From a virus: 34,902 nucleotides of DNA. Positions 31,753-34,902 of this stretch are shown here, in pieces (positions within the stretch are counted from its first letter, which is position 1; each line of letters starts with the position of its first letter). Both the position numbers and the translations under genes were made by a program. The DNA is taken from the IMG/VR virus record IMGVR_UViG_3300021956_000005; one strand, written 5' to 3'. The notes under the pieces were generated by a model, which was given only the letters and a program-made list of their open reading frames with translations, made no database searches and was not told the DNA's origin.

Positions 31753-31834
31753 GGCGTGGTTGGCGTGGTTTCCTTATTCCATGCGGGTTTCAGCCGTGGT
31801 TTTTGGCGTGGTTGATGCCGTGGTTGGCGTGGTT
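31753..31834 (-). repeat. Iteron array, right arm: GSCGTGGTT x6 (inverted orientation)
   Basis: Copies at 31753, 31762, 31793, 31805, 31817 and 31826. The last ends 1 nt before the primase stop codon. Confidence 0.85.
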
Positions 31835-34213
31835 TCATGACTCAAACCCCATGGCCAGGCTGAAAGCAAAAAAAGAGGAAGTCAGCCATTCGGCTTTGCT
31901 GGAATACTTATCGCGCATGAATTCGCGCTGCTTTCCTGTCGCGCATCGTTCGAGGCTAGCCTGGAGCACTCCCTCTGAGGGGATCACCATCTTTCGATTC
32001 TTGATGGTTCGATCATTGAGATCCATCCAGGTGGGATTGGACTCGCCTGCCGACCAGCCTTGGGTTTTTCCACACAAGCTGATCAGGTCTTTCTGGCCTC
32101 GTTTTCGCTCCCCATGCCGCTCACACCATCGCTCGTAAAGCTGATACAGGTGCGACCCAAGACAGGGACACAGCGGGATGGTGTTGCCATCAGGCCCTTC
32201 CAGCTCAAGACGGACCCATTCATCTAGGAATCGCTCTTCAGAACTTTTGCCAAGCTCCTGTAGATCGGACTTCGATCGCGTCATGGGCGGTTTGGTCCAG
32301 GGCTTGAAATCGCCCAGGTCCAGATTCAGAAGAAAATAATGCAGGGCCTCGATGCCGCCGGATTCGATTTCTGAATTGACGTCTTCAAAGAATGAATCGG
32401 ACAGTTTTGGTGGAACCCAGATGACGACGTGACGTCGATCGTCCTTTTCCATCACCAGAGGCATCCGCTCATTGGATAGAAAGACGATGTTCATGTGATT
32501 TCGCTCGGTGTGAGCAGCCACATTTTTTGGATTGACGCGGATGGTATCTCCAGTCACAAACCCCTTGAGGCGGTTTTTGATGTGATACATGTCCTGACGC
32601 GCCAGGACTTCATCCGCCAGGATAAAAAGCTTTTTCTCAGCCCAATCGGCATTGAACTTGTCTTCCAAAGCCTCTTGGCCCAAAACCCTGAAGTAAGGAC
32701 CAAAAATCTTGCCGTAAGCCTCAAAAAATCGGCTTTTTCCGGTGCCCTGCGGGCCATGAATCACCAAAGCCGTGTGCATCTTGGCCCCTCGATGCTGAAT
32801 CGGGTAAGCCAGCCACTTCAGGATCCAGCCATACACCTCGTCACTATTAGCTTCATTGCTGCAGAGGTAATACAAAAGATCCAGCAAAGCCTCGCATTTG
32901 CCCTCGATGGGCACTGAAGGCCAGCCACCAAAAAGGTTGCATCGGATCGATAGATCCTGTTCGGTGGGATCAAACCCGACTTCGGTATCTCTTGCGACGC
33001 GCCAGCGGGGATCGGTCTTCAGCATGTCCCAAGACCTGGGCGGCAAAAGATTCATGACGTCATCCTTGTGGACCAGGCGACGATCCTTTTCATCGAAAAG
33101 AACCTTTCCGCCCATCCCATACGTCCCCCAAAACCTTTGCACCGCATCCTCAACGGAAATCAACGATGGCATGACGGACTCCCCGCCCCCCGCAGGGAGA
33201 AGGCCCGCCGCAGAGGGCTTCACCGCATCCCATCCCGCTTCGGTTATGGCCTCTTCGATCTGGCGAGCTACCAGGTGCAGGCCCCCTGTTGGAAACAGAG
33301 CCAAATCATTGAAATCGGTAAGCTTCTTACCCTCTCGATCGGTAGGAAACCTTGGAGCCACCACTCGACCATTGACGGCCATGGCCGCCGCCTGGGCAGC
33401 AGTAACCCCTGGATTCCCCGCGGACAAATAATCATCATCAGCGCAAACCAAGATCCGAGCCGATCGATAGCGCTTCGAAAGCGACTGGGAAACGGGCAGA
33501 AGATTATTGGCATCAAATGCCACGGCCACTGGGAGGCCAGTCGCCTCATGCAGGGTGGCCGCTGTGGCATAGCCTTCAGCCACCAAAAGAAGATCCCGTG
33601 GCGTTCCGATTAGGTGGTAATGGCCTTGCTTGATAATCCCGCGGGGCCAGTATTCTTTTTCCAGCTGGCCCGGCCTTCGCTCTGCCCGAATGATCTGGAG
33701 ACCATGGATCTTTCCAGACTCATCGGCCATCGGGATCGCAATGGTTCCATTTCCTGAGGGAGCAAATCGGATGCCATGCGCCTTGACCTTTTTTCTCTCG
33801 AGGTATGCCGACTGCCCATCCTGGACATAAGCTGACCAAGCATGAGTTGCTTTACCAGAGGCCTTCACCGCCTGCGCCTCACGAATGGCTTTCATCCGCT
33901 TGGCATTGGCCTGATGTCGTGCGGCAATGGCGGCCTTTTGGTCATCAGTCAGGTGGCTACGCTTGCCCAGGCGAACCTTTTGCTTACCTGAGTCATTGCC
34001 TCGATAAACGCCAAAGCTTCCGACGATCAAAGGAACTTTGCAGCCCTCCCCGTCGACAAGAATTTCGGAAAGCCAGTACCAGCCCCGCTTTTCCCTATCG
34101 CCGTTGATCTCTCGACAGCGGATCGGCTGAGCCGTTCCGATCTGAAGGTGTTCGACATCAAGGCCACCAGCGCGCAGCTGCTCAAGGACGTCTTCGTAGT
34201 TTTCCCAGCTCAT
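31835..34213 (-). CDS. Bifunctional primase-helicase (Toprim primase domain plus P4-alpha/D5-type NTPase)
   Basis: Toprim: LLLVAEGYATAATL ... ILVCADDD. Walker A VIHGPQGTGKSRFF and Walker B LFILADEV lie in the C-terminal half. The N-terminal region MSWENYEDVLEQLRAGGLDV is typical of the P4 alpha/TraC-like family. Confidence 0.9.
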   Translation of the reverse strand: MSWENYEDVLEQLRAGGLDVEHLQIGTAQPIRCREINGDREKRGWYWLSEILVDGEGCKVPLIVGSFGVYRGNDSGKQKVRLGKRSHLTDDQKAAIAARHQANAKRMKAIREAQAVKASGKATHAWSAYVQDGQSAYLERKKVKAHGIRFAPSGNGTIAIPMADESGKIHGLQIIRAERRPGQLEKEYWPRGIIKQGHYHLIGTPRDLLLVAEGYATAATLHEATGLPVAVAFDANNLLPVSQSLSKRYRSARILVCADDDYLSAGNPGVTAAQAAAMAVNGRVVAPRFPTDREGKKLTDFNDLALFPTGGLHLVARQIEEAITEAGWDAVKPSAAGLLPAGGGESVMPSLISVEDAVQRFWGTYGMGGKVLFDEKDRRLVHKDDVMNLLPPRSWDMLKTDPRWRVARDTEVGFDPTEQDLSIRCNLFGGWPSVPIEGKCEALLDLLYYLCSNEANSDEVYGWILKWLAYPIQHRGAKMHTALVIHGPQGTGKSRFFEAYGKIFGPYFRVLGQEALEDKFNADWAEKKLFILADEVLARQDMYHIKNRLKGFVTGDTIRVNPKNVAAHTERNHMNIVFLSNERMPLVMEKDDRRHVVIWVPPKLSDSFFEDVNSEIESGGIEALHYFLLNLDLGDFKPWTKPPMTRSKSDLQELGKSSEERFLDEWVRLELEGPDGNTIPLCPCLGSHLYQLYERWCERHGERKRGQKDLISLCGKTQGWSAGESNPTWMDLNDRTIKNRKMVIPSEGVLQASLERCATGKQREFMRDKYSSKAEWLTSSFFAFSLAMGFES

Positions 34214-34419
34214 TCAGCGGCCTCCATGGCCGTCGGGGTTGTCCCTGCCAGCGCACTTTTGTCTAGCGAAAAACCGCGGCTCTTTACACCCGTTTTGAGT
34301 ACCCACCAGGAGGACCCGCGCACGGTTGCACCCCCCTGATCCTTTGCGTTGCTTTGCAACAGGCAATGCAACCTGAAAGCGAAAAAAAATCCCATGGGGA
34401 ACGGGGTCAGAAGGCTCAT
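34210..34419 (-). CDS. Hypothetical protein (69 aa), supported only by coupling
   Basis: Its ATG overlaps the upstream stop (ATGA at 34416-34419) and its stop overlaps the primase ATG (ATGA at 34210-34213). The composition is unremarkable and no family was recognised. Confidence 0.3.
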   Translation of the reverse strand: MSLLTPFPMGFFFAFRLHCLLQSNAKDQGGATVRGSSWWVLKTGVKSRGFSLDKSALAGTTPTAMEAAE

Positions 34420-34685
34420 CGCTGGGACTCCTCATAAGCCAGGCGGACCTCGGCAATCAGCTGAGCGGCATAAGTTTCGCCGCGGCGCTTTTGAATTCGC
34501 TCGTAGTAACCGATCCGGCGATACCTTGACCAAGCCATCAACATGCGTGCCTCGCATCGCATCCGATGCGCTTCAGTCCAGGTCGGACCGCGTTGAATGT
34601 CAGGCAGCAATCGAAACTCAGTCTGTTTTGATGCAGATATTGATCGAGTGCAGATATGGTCGAGGTCCTGGTCATTGAGTTCCAT
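34416..34685 (-). CDS. Hypothetical protein (89 aa)
   Basis: Track ORF 34416..34688. The ATG at 34685 shares one nt with the stop of the Zn-ribbon ORF. Confidence 0.5.
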   Translation of the reverse strand: MELNDQDLDHICTRSISASKQTEFRLLPDIQRGPTWTEAHRMRCEARMLMAWSRYRRIGYYERIQKRRGETYAAQLIAEVRLAYEESQR

Positions 34686-34831
34686 CAAGTCGAGTGAGCC
34701 AATCGGTGGTTAGTTTTGCGAATGGCTCTGGCTTTACATTCCTTGCACCATGGCTGCATGTGCTTGACGCCATGGCAAAGGTCAAAGTCACCCAATGGCC
34801 TGAACGTCTTGCAATGAGGGCAGCGCTTCAT
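34685..34831 (-). CDS. Small zinc-ribbon protein (48 aa; CPHC ... CKEC)
   Basis: Hand-read ORF MKRCPHCKTFRPLGDFDLCHGVKHMQPWCKECKARAIRKTNHRLAHST. Its 5' part lies in the terminal overlap, and a truncated copy sits at nt 1-56. Confidence 0.5.
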   Translation of the reverse strand: MKRCPHCKTFRPLGDFDLCHGVKHMQPWCKECKARAIRKTNHRLAHST

Positions 34832-34902
34832 TGAGCGCCCTGCCCTGGTATCCGCCATCCCGATGGCGAACGCACCAATGCAATGCCGGTCTCTTCATAA
34901 AC
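34776..34902. repeat. Terminal overlap, copy 2 (identical to 1..127)
   Basis: Direct comparison, 127/127 identical. Confidence 0.95.

Larger units (their letters stand above)
1..34902. mobile_element. Complete temperate tailed-phage genome (circular or circularly permuted assembly)
   Basis: The window carries integrase, excisionase, an attP-like tRNA fragment, a divergent HTH switch and a primase-helicase. The late genes are Nu1/gpA-like terminase, lambda-type portal, HK97-type protease/capsid, tail tube, G/GT chaperone, tape measure and lysis genes. The first 127 nt are repeated exactly at the window end. Confidence 0.9.

Noticed and set aside
31583-31834. CRISPR array
   Set aside because: The repeat unit is only 9 bp. 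Spacings are irregular (9-31 bp), the two halves are in opposite orientation and there are no cas genes. This is not CRISPR-like.
31563-32138. Track ORFs 31563..31838 (-), 31597..31815 (+) and 31683..32138 (+) across the iteron region
   Set aside because: Their translations are repeat-driven (PRQ/KPR/WRG strings generated by the 9-bp iterons), or they run antisense to the primase 3' end. The region is better explained as a cis-acting site.

Overview
The window is a complete temperate tailed-phage genome assembled as a circle. Nt 1-127 recur exactly at 34776-34902, so the unique length is 34,775 bp. No sheath gene is seen, so it looks siphovirus-like.

(1) An AT-richer early/lysogeny arm lies mostly on the + strand. 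It holds a divergent HTH switch at 800-1489 with 17-bp TTTCAC-N5-GTGAAA operators. A second operator pair, a promoter and a structured leader lie at 1957-2091. Further along are many small coupled ORFs, a dNMP-kinase-like gene, an HNH-like gene, an excisionase, an attP-like 3' fragment of tRNA-Cys(GCA) and a tyrosine integrase.

(2) A long minus-strand block starts with a translationally coupled leftward early operon that crosses the artificial contig ends and finishes in a P4-alpha-type primase-helicase. It is followed by a 264-bp intergenic region with 6+6 inverted 9-bp iterons (ori and/or cos). The late genes follow: Nu1-like TerS, dUTPase, gpA-like TerL, lambda-type portal, an HK97-type protease fused to the major capsid protein and a gpFII-like connector. 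The tail genes are a tail tube, a G/GT chaperone with an A_AAA_AAC -1 slippery site, an endolysin-holin pair embedded in the tail module, a 1724-aa tape measure and two tail-tip proteins.

(3) The most notable system is a complete BPP-1-type diversity-generating retroelement (DGR) at 8149-11463 (minus strand). Its order is tail-fibre target gene with C-terminal VR, a GAAA-loop hairpin, avd, TR, spacer, reverse transcriptase. TR and VR are 120 bp each and differ at 16 positions, 15 of which are TR adenines (10 of 12 AAC codons rewritten).

Other points worth checking are an extra RT-overlapping ORF inside the DGR transcription unit, an out-of-order AT-rich gene block between terL and portal, and an SSB-tip-like small protein between terS and terL. 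All family assignments rest on motifs read by eye. No database search was run.
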